In this document: in pieces, positions 24,260-34,394 of the stretch
Position numbering within the stretch: position 1 is the first letter of the stretch
Layout: every line of letters begins with the position of its first letter
Virus record (IMG/VR): IMGVR_UViG_3300040801_004034
Coordinates: 124,001-188,000 of that record
Length of the DNA stretch: 64,000 nucleotides
Strand: one strand, 5' to 3'
The notes under the pieces: model-generated
Seen by the model: only the letters and a program-made list of their open reading frames with translations
The model's database searches: none
Told to the model about the DNA's origin: nothing
Position numbers and translations under genes: made by a program

Positions 24260-24824
24260 TTTTACGGGCGCACAATCGACAGGGAAATCTACATTGTTAA
24301 ATGCAATGCAGGGTGATGAAAAGTATAAAGACTGGGTCTTTGTACCTGAAATAACTCGTCAGATAAAGGATAAATATGGTGTTGATATCAATGAGCAAGG
24401 TAATGTTGAAACACAAATACTGATACTTAACGAACATATCAATAACTGGTATAACACTGTTGGTTCTGAAAAGAACGTTGTGATGGATAGATGCATCTTA
24501 GATGGACTCGTTTATACAACATATATGCATCTAAGCAGAAAACGTAATCGAACAAAAGAGTTCAGAACTCTTGTTTCATACGCAGAACTACTTGTTAACA
24601 CATATGCATCCAATGTTGATGTAATATTTTATACCGAACCTGATATACCATTAGTTGATGATGGTGTCAGGTCTGTTAATAAGAGCTTTAGACGTCGTAT
24701 AATTAAAATGTTCGAAGAAGCATTTGATCATTTCGAGCTTGAAAATGTAGTAAGGCTCAAAGGTTCAGTTGATGAACGAATGGAAACAATAAATAACACA
24801 ATAACAAAATTACAAAATGGATAA
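24249..24824 (+). CDS. P-loop nucleotide kinase (NadR/AAA_28-like)
   Basis: GAQSTGKSTL; DRCILDGLVY. Confidence 0.8.
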   Translation: MVISFTGAQSTGKSTLLNAMQGDEKYKDWVFVPEITRQIKDKYGVDINEQGNVETQILILNEHINNWYNTVGSEKNVVMDRCILDGLVYTTYMHLSRKRNRTKEFRTLVSYAELLVNTYASNVDVIFYTEPDIPLVDDGVRSVNKSFRRRIIKMFEEAFDHFELENVVRLKGSVDERMETINNTITKLQNG

Positions 24825-25725
24825 CTCAAACATATCAGTTCACCTCGGACAAACATCGCAGTATAAAAGTACATACGATCCAACCTTGCTTGTAAGAGAG
24901 CCGAGACAAAATAACCGAACATACCTTGGTATTAAAGATGATGATCTACCTTTTGTGGGTAGTGATACATGGAATGCATATGAGTGTTCATTCCTTCTTG
25001 ATTCAGGATTACCAGTAACTGGTGTTCTCAAAATTGTTTATCCTTGTAGCAGCAAATATATTGTTGAGAGTAAGAGTATTAAGTTGTATCTTAACTCATT
25101 TAATATGCAGAAAAGCGGTAAAACCCGGCATACAGCTATATCATCGTTTGAACATAAAGTATCTGTTGATTTGAGCGAATTGCTTGAAACAGATGTTAAT
25201 GTTAAATTTTTAATGGCAGGTGAGTGTTGTGAAATGAACGGCCCGACAGACGAGTGGGGATTAGAAACATTTGTTTGTCTTGAAGATATAGTAGGGAACA
25301 TTCCTGATGTTGATGTTTATGAAGAAAGCCCTGACTTGCTCGAGGGTGAAATTCTGGATGAGACTATTGAACAATGGTATCGATCTGAACTACTCAAAAG
25401 CAATTGTCGTGTAACGAGTCAACCAGACTGGGGTGATGTTTTTATCTATTACAAAGGTAAATGCAAGATCGATGAAGAAGCTCTACTACGCTACATCGTA
25501 TCATTCAGAGATGAGTGCCACTTTCATGAAGAGATCTGTGAATGCATCTATCAGAGACTATGGGATACATTCGAACCAGAAGAATTGTCAGTGATGTGTT
25601 TATACGCTCGGAGAGGCGGGATTGATATCAATCCGATCAGATGCTCTAGTCAGGAAGTGTATGATGAATTTGGTGGTGAACTCAGAGATGTAAATACATC
25701 TCATGTAAAGACAGCTAAGCAATAA
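24817..25725 (+). CDS. queF: 7-cyano-7-deazaguanine reductase QueF (bimodular)
   Basis: VESKSIKLYLNSF, SNCRVTSQPDWG, FHEEICE and RRGGIDINP. Confidence 0.92.
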   Translation: MDNSNISVHLGQTSQYKSTYDPTLLVREPRQNNRTYLGIKDDDLPFVGSDTWNAYECSFLLDSGLPVTGVLKIVYPCSSKYIVESKSIKLYLNSFNMQKSGKTRHTAISSFEHKVSVDLSELLETDVNVKFLMAGECCEMNGPTDEWGLETFVCLEDIVGNIPDVDVYEESPDLLEGEILDETIEQWYRSELLKSNCRVTSQPDWGDVFIYYKGKCKIDEEALLRYIVSFRDECHFHEEICECIYQRLWDTFEPEELSVMCLYARRGGIDINPIRCSSQEVYDEFGGELRDVNTSHVKTAKQ

Positions 25726-25732
25726 TTACAAA

Positions 25733-25817
25733 CAAAGACCGCTGCTTTTTGTAGCGGTCTTTTCCTGTCTGAAGTTATAGACAATAAAAGAGGTGACCCT
25801 TTCGAGTCACCTCTTGA
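25733..25817. terminator. two hairpins between convergent queF and gp23
   Basis: AAAGACCGCT/AGCGGTCTTT and AAGAGGTGAC/GTCACCTCTT. Confidence 0.8.
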
Positions 25818-25845
25818 TTTTAATTCATTGATTCCGAAACTTGGT

Positions 25846-27342
25846 TTAACCGAAGTACACGCTATCGCTAGCTGGTGTAAACGCTTGACCAAGACCTGCA
25901 ACAACCACAACGTGGTAGTAGAGGTTTGCCCCGAAGATATTGTCAACAACTCCATAACGAGTAAGCATACCAACACGTGGTGCAAAATCGTTAGGACCCA
26001 TTGTACGTTGAACCATCACAGGGATGTATGGGCAGTAAATGATACCAGTGTCGTAAAACTCTGGACCCTTGTAGCCAAGTAACGCGTATTCTGGAGCACC
26101 TGAATTTGAGTTGCTAAGGTCGTTTCCAACATAGCCACCTTCTGTACGAGTGTCACGGTATACGTTAAAACGACCACCAAGATTACCGATCTTTGCCACA
26201 CCAACTGGTTGTGTATTAACACTACCTTGTACATTTACCCACTGGAATTCAGGGAGCATTTCTAAGATAGCGCAAACACGTGGAGTAGCAACGATGAAGT
26301 TAGCAGCACCACGGCGATTTCTCACTGCGATACGATTTGCTTCGATGATAAGCTTCTGGTAGAAGTCACGATTACGTTCAACTAACCAACGACCGTCAGC
26401 AGATGCCGGACTCCATACAGAGTATCCATTTCCTGCACCGGCTTCAATAGCAACTTGAATCATACGCATAAGCATTTCACGGTCGATTTCGGCCTGAATT
26501 TCGTACGACATAGCGTTTGTCAATTCAGTATCGATATCGATACCATTCATGTTCATAAGGTCTTGTTCAAGTTCTACCGACCAGCGTGCGCCAAGACGAC
26601 GTGTACCTGCTTCAACAGCTGTCTTTTCAAAAGAAACTTCCATTGTAGGAATGTTACCAGTGATTTCAAACTGATTAAGCAATGCAGCAACACCGTTATC
26701 GCGTGCGTTCGTAGCACCAATGCTTTGACCTTCGATAGTCGCACCAGATAGGTAAGACGATGATGTACCTGTATATCCTGTGTTAAGATATTGGTAACCA
26801 GCTTCTTTTTCTGCAGCCGCTGCGAGAGCAGCTGCTTGACCTGTTGGTGAATTACCAGCAGTAGCACGATTGTTATCGATACCATTACCAAGTGTTTCAC
26901 CGCTGTAGCGGTAACGTAGAGCAAATGCAAGACCTACTGGTCCTGCCATCGGTTGAACACCGACGAGTTCGTTAGTTATAAGTTCGGGAAAAGTACGGCG
27001 AATCATTGGAATCAAGATCTTTGGAAGACGTGCATCACCTGCAGCATATTGGTCAGTACCTGGGGTACCACCAACGTTACCTGCGTAACCAAAGTTGTTA
27101 CCAACTGCACCACCAGATCCAGCTGTGTTAGCAACACCTGAAGGTGTGTAACCTGGACCGGCTTCTTGAATGCAGTAGGCTTCTTGGTTTTCAAGTAGCA
27201 TAGCTGTGTTAAGGCGAGTATGTGCGTCTTCGATCGGAGCTACATTCTTTGAAGTGTAATCCAATACAGGACCCCACTTCTCAACAAGTAACTTCGCTCT
27301 TGATTCATTAATATAAGCTTGAGTAGGACTAATTCTATTCAT
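25846..27342 (-). CDS. gp23: major capsid protein (T4 gp23 family)
   Basis: GVQPMAGPVGLAFALR, ELEQDL and TRYGVVDN; start at MNRISP. Confidence 0.95.
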   Translation of the reverse strand: MNRISPTQAYINESRAKLLVEKWGPVLDYTSKNVAPIEDAHTRLNTAMLLENQEAYCIQEAGPGYTPSGVANTAGSGGAVGNNFGYAGNVGGTPGTDQYAAGDARLPKILIPMIRRTFPELITNELVGVQPMAGPVGLAFALRYRYSGETLGNGIDNNRATAGNSPTGQAAALAAAAEKEAGYQYLNTGYTGTSSSYLSGATIEGQSIGATNARDNGVAALLNQFEITGNIPTMEVSFEKTAVEAGTRRLGARWSVELEQDLMNMNGIDIDTELTNAMSYEIQAEIDREMLMRMIQVAIEAGAGNGYSVWSPASADGRWLVERNRDFYQKLIIEANRIAVRNRRGAANFIVATPRVCAILEMLPEFQWVNVQGSVNTQPVGVAKIGNLGGRFNVYRDTRTEGGYVGNDLSNSNSGAPEYALLGYKGPEFYDTGIIYCPYIPVMVQRTMGPNDFAPRVGMLTRYGVVDNIFGANLYYHVVVVAGLGQAFTPASDSVYFG

Positions 27343-27441
27343 AATTTTTCGTTTTTTCCTTTTATTCGACCCCAAAGAGTTAGTGTATAACTCTAGGTAA
27401 CTCAGGATAACCTAAATATTTCTTCTTGCGAAAATTGGTTA

Positions 27442-28332
27442 TTAGTACTTAGATAGTTCTGATAGATAACTTGCTGGCACTGTATTTTCAGAAACTAACT
27501 CTTGCTTAGCAGGTTGTTTCTTCTCAGTGATCACACGATCTACCTTTTCCTTAGTACTGAAAGCTTCTGTTTTGAGCTCCTCAAGTCTGTCCACTTCTTT
27601 TTTCTTAAAGAGCTTTACAGTATAGTCGAAGTTTTCTGTGATAAAGTTATAATCCTTATCTGCGAATGCCTTCTTCACATATGTTTTCGCTCTTTCATCA
27701 AGTTTGGCAACTCTCTCTTCCAAGAATAATCTCTTTTTAAGATCATCATTCTCTTTCAATATTTGCGCATTCTTTTTGCGAACAGACTCAAGCTCATTTG
27801 AAGCTTCACTTATTTGTTTTTGACCATCTTTTACAGCTTCTTTAATAGCTTCTTTTTCAAGAGCACTATCAACTGCAAGGTGATGTCTAAGACCTTCTAA
27901 AATTTTAGCTGCTTTCTTATTCTTCACAGCTTCTTGAATATCAGCTGATGGAATTTTATTTTCGATATAAACATCGATAAATTCAGAAATTGATTCAACA
28001 AGATCGCCTTTGAAAAGCTTTGCATCTTCGTTGATTGCTTTTTCGTAACGAGAAACAACAAGTTTAAGTTTTGCTGTTCTATCTTTGTCGATAGCTTCAA
28101 CAACATTCTTAAGTTTCTTACTATGATCAGTATCAATAGCTTCAATAACTTGCTTTAACTTCTTTGTATAAAGTTCGTCTTGTTCGTTAAGAGCTTTTTC
28201 GACATGAATTTGAACACGATCTTTTACACGATCTTCAAATGCTTCTTCGATTTGGTTAAGTACATTTTCATCGAGAGCACCGTCTGTTGCTTCGCTTAAA
28301 GTCTTTTTGATATCTTGTTTTTTGTTACCCAT
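27442..28332 (-). CDS. gp22: prohead core scaffold protein
   Basis: Coiled coil directly upstream of gp23. Confidence 0.8.
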   Translation of the reverse strand: MGNKKQDIKKTLSEATDGALDENVLNQIEEAFEDRVKDRVQIHVEKALNEQDELYTKKLKQVIEAIDTDHSKKLKNVVEAIDKDRTAKLKLVVSRYEKAINEDAKLFKGDLVESISEFIDVYIENKIPSADIQEAVKNKKAAKILEGLRHHLAVDSALEKEAIKEAVKDGQKQISEASNELESVRKKNAQILKENDDLKKRLFLEERVAKLDERAKTYVKKAFADKDYNFITENFDYTVKLFKKKEVDRLEELKTEAFSTKEKVDRVITEKKQPAKQELVSENTVPASYLSELSKY

Positions 28333-28334
28333 GA

Positions 28335-28484
28335 TTAAAATAATTTACGTTTATTATTACTTATGATCTGACGAGCTATTTTCCTATCAACAACCGTTTT
28401 TAAATTTTTGCTTGCAGCTTGATAGTTTTTCTCGTTCACGTTTTTAATGAACTCAATAATCTGCTTTTGTTGTGTCGTTGCCAT
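28335..28484 (-). CDS. small prohead core protein (gp67/68-like, 49 aa)
   Basis: MATTQQKQIIEFIKNVNEKNY...; syntenic position. Confidence 0.55.
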   Translation of the reverse strand: MATTQQKQIIEFIKNVNEKNYQAASKNLKTVVDRKIARQIISNNKRKLF

Positions 28485-28528
28485 TTTTAATTATTTATAG
28501 TATGTTATTGTTTTTTCTGATAAAAATA

Positions 28529-29197
28529 TTAAAGTGTTTTCAAAAACTGAATAATATTTTCTGTTAAATACTCTTTTGTGTGCTTTTTCGGTAGTGTAAT
28601 TAAACCATTCTCAAATTTATCATATGCTTCTTCAAATTGACCATATTTGTTTAGAACGTATTGCTTTGATTCAAGAATACCATTAACGAATGCATTTGAA
28701 AAGGATGGATCAGCTACACAATCGATTGCTACAAGTTTAAAATCCTTTACACGGTTGATACCTTCTTGACCAGATTCTGGAATAAGTTGCCCAAGTGCTC
28801 TTGAACTCATACCAACACGAACACCATCATTAATAAGCGATCTAACAACGAGACCTTTTGGTGTTGAGAGAACTTTACTCTTACCAATGAAAACATTACC
28901 TTCTTGTGTAAGCTCTGTTACAACGTGACATGCTCTTTCAAGATCAACTTCTGCTGATGTTGGGTGGTTCAGTTCCCCACAAGCGCGACCAGTCATAACC
29001 ATCTCCTTATTATAACGAGCAATTTCAGTTACCATCTCGTTAAGTGTATAGATTCTGTTATTCTTATTAACACCTTCAGCCATCATGTATGGACCTTTGA
29101 TGAAAAAGTTTCTTTCGTCTTTACCGTTTTTATCTTCAACGATATACTCGAATTCTTGTTCAGGAGCGGATTTTTCTACTATAAGATGATGACTCAT
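28529..29197 (-). CDS. gp21: prohead protease
   Basis: GELNHP, GMSSRALG and DCVADPS. Confidence 0.95.
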   Translation of the reverse strand: MSHHLIVEKSAPEQEFEYIVEDKNGKDERNFFIKGPYMMAEGVNKNNRIYTLNEMVTEIARYNKEMVMTGRACGELNHPTSAEVDLERACHVVTELTQEGNVFIGKSKVLSTPKGLVVRSLINDGVRVGMSSRALGQLIPESGQEGINRVKDFKLVAIDCVADPSFSNAFVNGILESKQYVLNKYGQFEEAYDKFENGLITLPKKHTKEYLTENIIQFLKTL

Positions 29198-29219
29198 TAC
29201 AATTATTTATCGTTCCCTT

Positions 29220-29675
29220 TCAAATATTTAACTCTTTTTCTGTAAGAACTACAAATTTAAACCCATTTCTCTTACACCATTCATCAGCATACTTCCATTT
29301 AGCTTGGTTTCTCAACCATTCAGACTGTTCATATATAATAGTGCTTTTCTTTTTACGTTTACTTGGTGTTGGTGGTTTGGTCTGGCTACTTGGTTTGATT
29401 TCAACTAAAAATTTGACGAGTTTCCCTTGCTTATCTTCAAATAGAATATACCCATCAACATAGTACTTGTGCATTTTGTTGTCTAAAGGACTTATATACG
29501 GTATAATAAAGCACTCGTTATTCCATTGTTTAACAAATGGGTTATGATCACACCATCTGAAAAATTTTAACTCAAAACTTGATCTATAAAACGGTGTATT
29601 TTCCCCATTATATTTTTTACCATTTTTTGGTATGTACGGACCTTGTTTATACTTTTTCTTATGTTTATAGTTCAT
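29220..29675 (-). CDS. gp4: head completion nuclease
   Basis: YRSSFELKFFRWCD, YYVDG, EIKP and NQAKW. Confidence 0.9.
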   Translation of the reverse strand: MNYKHKKKYKQGPYIPKNGKKYNGENTPFYRSSFELKFFRWCDHNPFVKQWNNECFIIPYISPLDNKMHKYYVDGYILFEDKQGKLVKFLVEIKPSSQTKPPTPSKRKKKSTIIYEQSEWLRNQAKWKYADEWCKRNGFKFVVLTEKELNI

Positions 29676-29703
29676 CTTTAATGTTATTTAGATAAATACT
29701 TAG

Positions 29704-30441
29704 ATGCAGTCGTTTAGTAAATTTTATGAGAACTATTTTCAATACAGTGAAGAATTGAACCCGAAGGTATGGGACGGGTTCACAATTAAACCAAACATTA
29801 GAGAAAAGCTTATTGTAATAGCAAAAGATTTTTATGATTCTCTGGAGCTAGATGCAAAATTTACCGACATACAATTGACCGGTTCATTATCAAATTTTAA
29901 TTATACACAATATTCTGATTTCGATTTACATATACTTCTTGATTTTAAAGATATAAATGATGATGAAGGTCTGGTTAAACAAGCATTAGATGGTAAGCGT
30001 TTTATATGGAATAGTAGACATAACATAATGATTCAAGGGTATGAAGTTGAAGTTTATTTACAGGACAACAGCGAGCCGCATATTGCTTCAGGTCTTTACT
30101 CATTGTTAAATGATAAATGGTTAGTTAAACCAACATATGACCCTCCTCATGTTGATGAACGAGATGTAAGTAAAAAAGCTCGTGAGTATGAGAAACTTAT
30201 TGATCAACTCGTTAGTAAAGTTGAAAGCGCACCTCTTGGTGATCCTATAAATGAAGAATACTATGAATATGGTAAACGTATAAAAGATCGTATTCAAAAG
30301 ATGAGAAAGAGTGGTCTTGCTACAGGTGGTGAGTTTAGCGTAGAAAATCTCGCATTTAAACAGCTTCGTAATAGCAAATCTATCCAAGATCTTATCGATG
30401 CAACAAATACAGCATACGATAAAATATATAGCGAAGGTTAG
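29704..30441 (+). CDS. nucleotidyltransferase-fold protein
   Basis: TGSLSNFNYTQYSDFDLHI. Confidence 0.75.
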   Translation: MQSFSKFYENYFQYSEELNPKVWDGFTIKPNIREKLIVIAKDFYDSLELDAKFTDIQLTGSLSNFNYTQYSDFDLHILLDFKDINDDEGLVKQALDGKRFIWNSRHNIMIQGYEVEVYLQDNSEPHIASGLYSLLNDKWLVKPTYDPPHVDERDVSKKAREYEKLIDQLVSKVESAPLGDPINEEYYEYGKRIKDRIQKMRKSGLATGGEFSVENLAFKQLRNSKSIQDLIDATNTAYDKIYSEG

Positions 30442-31457
30442 TTCGAAATTTTGTTAATGAAGTCTGTGTAATCTTTATCTATTATAACGATGTAGTCATA
30501 TTGTGATTTTTTTGCAGCATCGAATTTTTCTGCTCGAGTGCGCTTGAAAGTGTATAACGATTTTATTTCAACCTGTAAATTAAATTTCGGGATGAAAAAA
30601 TCAGGATAATAAAATCTTTCTTTATTATCTGCAATATACTGTATTCTCGGAGCATCATACTCTATTTCAGTTTCATTTAAAATGTTATTATAAAAAATGA
30701 AATCTAAAAAATGATCTTCATATCCTTGAACAAATATGATCTTACCGCTCGGTAGAGTGTATTTTTTCGATCTATAACTGCGGTTCAACTTATTACGGAG
30801 ATTTGTCTCATCTTTATTTCTCATCTGTATTGAAAGTCTCTTACTACGAATCGTAACACCATTATCGGTGAGTGTTTTTCTTATATAGTACACACTTACA
30901 TCATATTTTACTTTAAGTTCACCAATAGATAAACCATTATTGTAATCACATATAATGATATCCTTTTTTGCTTTACTTTTTACTAACGATTGTTTCCGTT
31001 TTTTCTGTAATATGATTCCGTGTAATTTTAAAACTGATCTTACACCAGATGTTGGTATATCGTAAACTTTTGCAACATCAGCTATTACAGATCGTTGATT
31101 ATAAATCGATAACGCAGCTTCATATTCGGTATACAATTTATAGTATTTTTCATTTTTAATAATGCTTCTATTCAGATTTTGGACTGGGATACCACGCTCA
31201 TCTAATAACTTCATGAAATATGATTTTGAAAATCCATATTTATTTAAAGTTGCTGACAGAATAGGGTAGTCTTGATAATACTGAATAGCTTCCTCAATTA
31301 AATGATCGCGTTTTTTATTACCATAAACAGGAATACCGTGGTTATGCATGATTTTCAAAACTGTTGCCTCAGCTATACTAAAATCATTAGCCACACTTAA
31401 TGCACATTTTCGAATCTTATATGCGTCTATTATATCACTTTCTGTTTGTCTATTCAT
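30438..31457 (-). CDS. multi-HTH protein with C-terminal PD-(D/E)XK nuclease (putative homing endonuclease)
   Basis: Repeated HTH units; QGYED...YYPDFFIP...VEIKS. Confidence 0.65.
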   Translation of the reverse strand: MNRQTESDIIDAYKIRKCALSVANDFSIAEATVLKIMHNHGIPVYGNKKRDHLIEEAIQYYQDYPILSATLNKYGFSKSYFMKLLDERGIPVQNLNRSIIKNEKYYKLYTEYEAALSIYNQRSVIADVAKVYDIPTSGVRSVLKLHGIILQKKRKQSLVKSKAKKDIIICDYNNGLSIGELKVKYDVSVYYIRKTLTDNGVTIRSKRLSIQMRNKDETNLRNKLNRSYRSKKYTLPSGKIIFVQGYEDHFLDFIFYNNILNETEIEYDAPRIQYIADNKERFYYPDFFIPKFNLQVEIKSLYTFKRTRAEKFDAAKKSQYDYIVIIDKDYTDFINKISN

Positions 31458-31503
31458 TATAGTTATTTATTTAAACAACTACAAAAAACAACGTCGTGAA
31501 GCA

Positions 31504-32748
31504 TCAACCTAACATAGTGTTCAATGCACCGCTTGTATAAATATTGTGTATAATATTATATATTGGTATTAATGCTGCTGCCCAAGCTCCCACAAAAAAG
31601 ACAGGTGGAGCTGCGTCCCCATACCCGCCTTCTTGGATATTCTGTTCTAGCGCTTTCTTCTCGTCAAGACCTTGTGTCATTAGATCGGTAGAGTTTAACG
31701 TTCCACCACCAAACAATGTGATGTTACCATACTTGCCTCGTACGCTTGCTACAGTCATCTTCGTTAAAGCAAGTGCATAGTTATACACCCATTGCTCTTT
31801 TATAACATCTCTGATAGGTCTTTCAACATAACAGCTTATAACTCCGTAGAATCTACTTGCAGATGTACCACTGTTTCGTGGTTGCGGATACATTCTAAGC
31901 AATTGTGTTCTTGGATCGAACGTATAGCTACGATTAATTGCAAGCATTTTCTCACGAGTTTCCATCCACTCTTTCATTGTATACCAACTTACTAAGTCGA
32001 AACCGTAATTACCCATTGAATAACTGAAGTATGTTTGCTGTGCTAATGTTTGTTCAATAGTAAAGAGAGTGTTAATACCATTTGATGAACCTTCTTCAAA
32101 GTTAATTACATCGATTACCTTTCTATAATCCATCAAGTCGTAATCAAATGAATTCATGAATCTGTTTCGGTTACCTTCCTTTGTACCTTTAATAGTAAAC
32201 CCTTTTGGTGTTTGAGCTACAAAGTATTGAGCTAATGCTGAATTAGATTCAACAACTGTGTTGTAAATTTCGGTCAGTAAAAGCTGATACTCAAATACAC
32301 CATCTGAAAGTGGTGATGATAATGATGAGACACTTGTAAAATAAGAACCAGGTATTGCACTTGTACATACATACGTTGTATCTAATGATATCGTATCAGG
32401 TTCATCAGCATATGTAGAAAAATCTTTACTCTCTGTTTTAAATTGAACTTGTTCTGTAAATGTATCGCTATTTTGAAGAGTGAAAAGATGGTCTAATCTC
32501 ACACCTTTATTCTTTTCATATAAATCACTATCAAATACCAGATATTCTTGTGTGTATCCAGCATACTTTGTGAACCATTCGACAGCAATACTAATATTTT
32601 CGTATAGAGAATCCCGATGAATTTCAATGTTTATGAACGGGTAGCCTAATGATCTAAGTATGCGTTCAGCCAGATCGTTATATGATTCGATTTTGTTGTT
32701 TAAATTGGTTGACTGAAAAGCTGATACCGGTTGTATTTCACATGCCAT
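31504..32748 (-). CDS. gp13: neck protein
   Basis: ILRSLGYPFINIEI, RGKYGNITLFGGGTLN and PPVFFVG. Confidence 0.85.
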   Translation of the reverse strand: MACEIQPVSAFQSTNLNNKIESYNDLAERILRSLGYPFINIEIHRDSLYENISIAVEWFTKYAGYTQEYLVFDSDLYEKNKGVRLDHLFTLQNSDTFTEQVQFKTESKDFSTYADEPDTISLDTTYVCTSAIPGSYFTSVSSLSSPLSDGVFEYQLLLTEIYNTVVESNSALAQYFVAQTPKGFTIKGTKEGNRNRFMNSFDYDLMDYRKVIDVINFEEGSSNGINTLFTIEQTLAQQTYFSYSMGNYGFDLVSWYTMKEWMETREKMLAINRSYTFDPRTQLLRMYPQPRNSGTSASRFYGVISCYVERPIRDVIKEQWVYNYALALTKMTVASVRGKYGNITLFGGGTLNSTDLMTQGLDEKKALEQNIQEGGYGDAAPPVFFVGAWAAALIPIYNIIHNIYTSGALNTMLG

Positions 32749-32826
32749 TAAAATATTTAATCAAACAAAAATATTGTTATATAGGTCTAAAAAATATACT
32801 AAACACATTACTTGTTTTTATAAGTA

Positions 32827-33519
32827 TTGACAATGGAACAACTAAGAAATTCTTCTACACCTTTTAAGGTAGTACTATCATTAGTATTAGCAGTTATAAC
32901 AGCGAGCGGAGGCTGGTTAGCTGCTTACTATAATTATCAAGCGCAACTTTCACACCAACGAGCTGAAATTGAAGTTGCAGCGCTCGAAATGGGTAAGGTA
33001 CAAAAAAATCTATCTTTTGGTGAATATTTAGCTGATTGGGACGAGACAGAATTGATGATAGCTGACTTGATTGATAGCACAAATATAAGCCGGTTTCTTT
33101 TAATGAAAGCATGGAATGGTTCAGTTGATCCAAAGTGGTCAACTGCTACATTTCAGATAAGAGAAAGCAATCAAAAAGTATTTAATTATGTTCATGTCGA
33201 TTTAGATGCTGATTATGTTAATAGATTGCGTGAAATTATGATCAATGAGTACGCTGTTTTATACACTGATAACTTACCGAATTCACTAATAAAATCAATT
33301 TATATGAATGAAAATGTCGGTAGTGCACTATGGGCAATGATCGGTCAAAGAGAAGAACCTGGTGGTCATGTTGTACACACATATGTATCATTTGCAACAC
33401 AAAATGGTGATATACTAGATGAAAATACAATTACACAAGCACGTTTAGTTGTGAGCAGAATCAAAGCAAATGCAGCAGAGTATAGACGCGTTCATGGTTA
33501 CTCACCATATTCAGATTAA
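32827..33519 (+). CDS. single-TM protein with soluble domain
   Basis: N-terminal TM helix. Confidence 0.6.
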   Translation: MTMEQLRNSSTPFKVVLSLVLAVITASGGWLAAYYNYQAQLSHQRAEIEVAALEMGKVQKNLSFGEYLADWDETELMIADLIDSTNISRFLLMKAWNGSVDPKWSTATFQIRESNQKVFNYVHVDLDADYVNRLREIMINEYAVLYTDNLPNSLIKSIYMNENVGSALWAMIGQREEPGGHVVHTYVSFATQNGDILDENTITQARLVVSRIKANAAEYRRVHGYSPYSD

Positions 33520-33532
33520 ACATAAATAATGT

Positions 33533-34021
33533 ATGCCCTGGATATCGTCAGAAATTCATTATGAACGAGTAAATATCAAGAAGAAAACGATCTTTGGTTG
33601 GAGACGTAAATTAGGATATCGTTTAACAAAAGATCTCAGATATAAAGCTGGTGATGGTGTTTTTTATGTTTTAAAACGTGGTTATATTTGGGACGGCCCA
33701 TCATACCCAAATTGGCTTAGTTGGATTATAGGTGATAAAACAACGGATGGTGCATTAGCTGCATCAGCATTCCATGACATTCATAATAAGATACCAGCTC
33801 GTTATGTTACATATAACAGTGATAAATCACAAAAAATGTATTATGTAACAATGTCTATTAAAGATGGTGCTGCATTTTATGATAAACTGCTTGATGAATG
33901 GCCGGATAGTAACCAAACAGTGAAAGGATGGCAATCCAACACACAACGATTTGGTTTAATAGTTTTTCAGCCAATATATCGTCTGTTGAATGATAATGAA
34001 GATTGGCTACTGGATGAATAA
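33533..34021 (+). CDS. DUF1353-like protein
   Basis: GYIWDGPS...AASAFHD. Confidence 0.6.
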   Translation: MPWISSEIHYERVNIKKKTIFGWRRKLGYRLTKDLRYKAGDGVFYVLKRGYIWDGPSYPNWLSWIIGDKTTDGALAASAFHDIHNKIPARYVTYNSDKSQKMYYVTMSIKDGAAFYDKLLDEWPDSNQTVKGWQSNTQRFGLIVFQPIYRLLNDNEDWLLDE

Positions 34022-34394
34022 ATAATTATATGAGCATGTTAAGAAAAATAAAACGTTTTTTCAATCTTCCGATCGTTGAATGGGTTGAAAACACACAAAA
34101 AAATACAAGTAATGAAGCTGATGAATATCTTTATATTTTTTCACCAACTGAAGGTGACCTTATGTTAACAATCGGAGATGTTAAAGCAGCTAAAAAGCTC
34201 GCAAGTAAAAATAACGAGGATAAATAATATTATGCCATTACATACAACACTAGTACCACCTGCATCAGGTGGAAGCATGACAACGGGTTATCTAGAAGAT
34301 TTCATGAACACCACGGTAACTGCAGCTTCAGGGACTTTGATTCAAGTACTTGACGCAAGTGGTCGTCTTCTTCTTGTATGGTCTGATTAAACCT

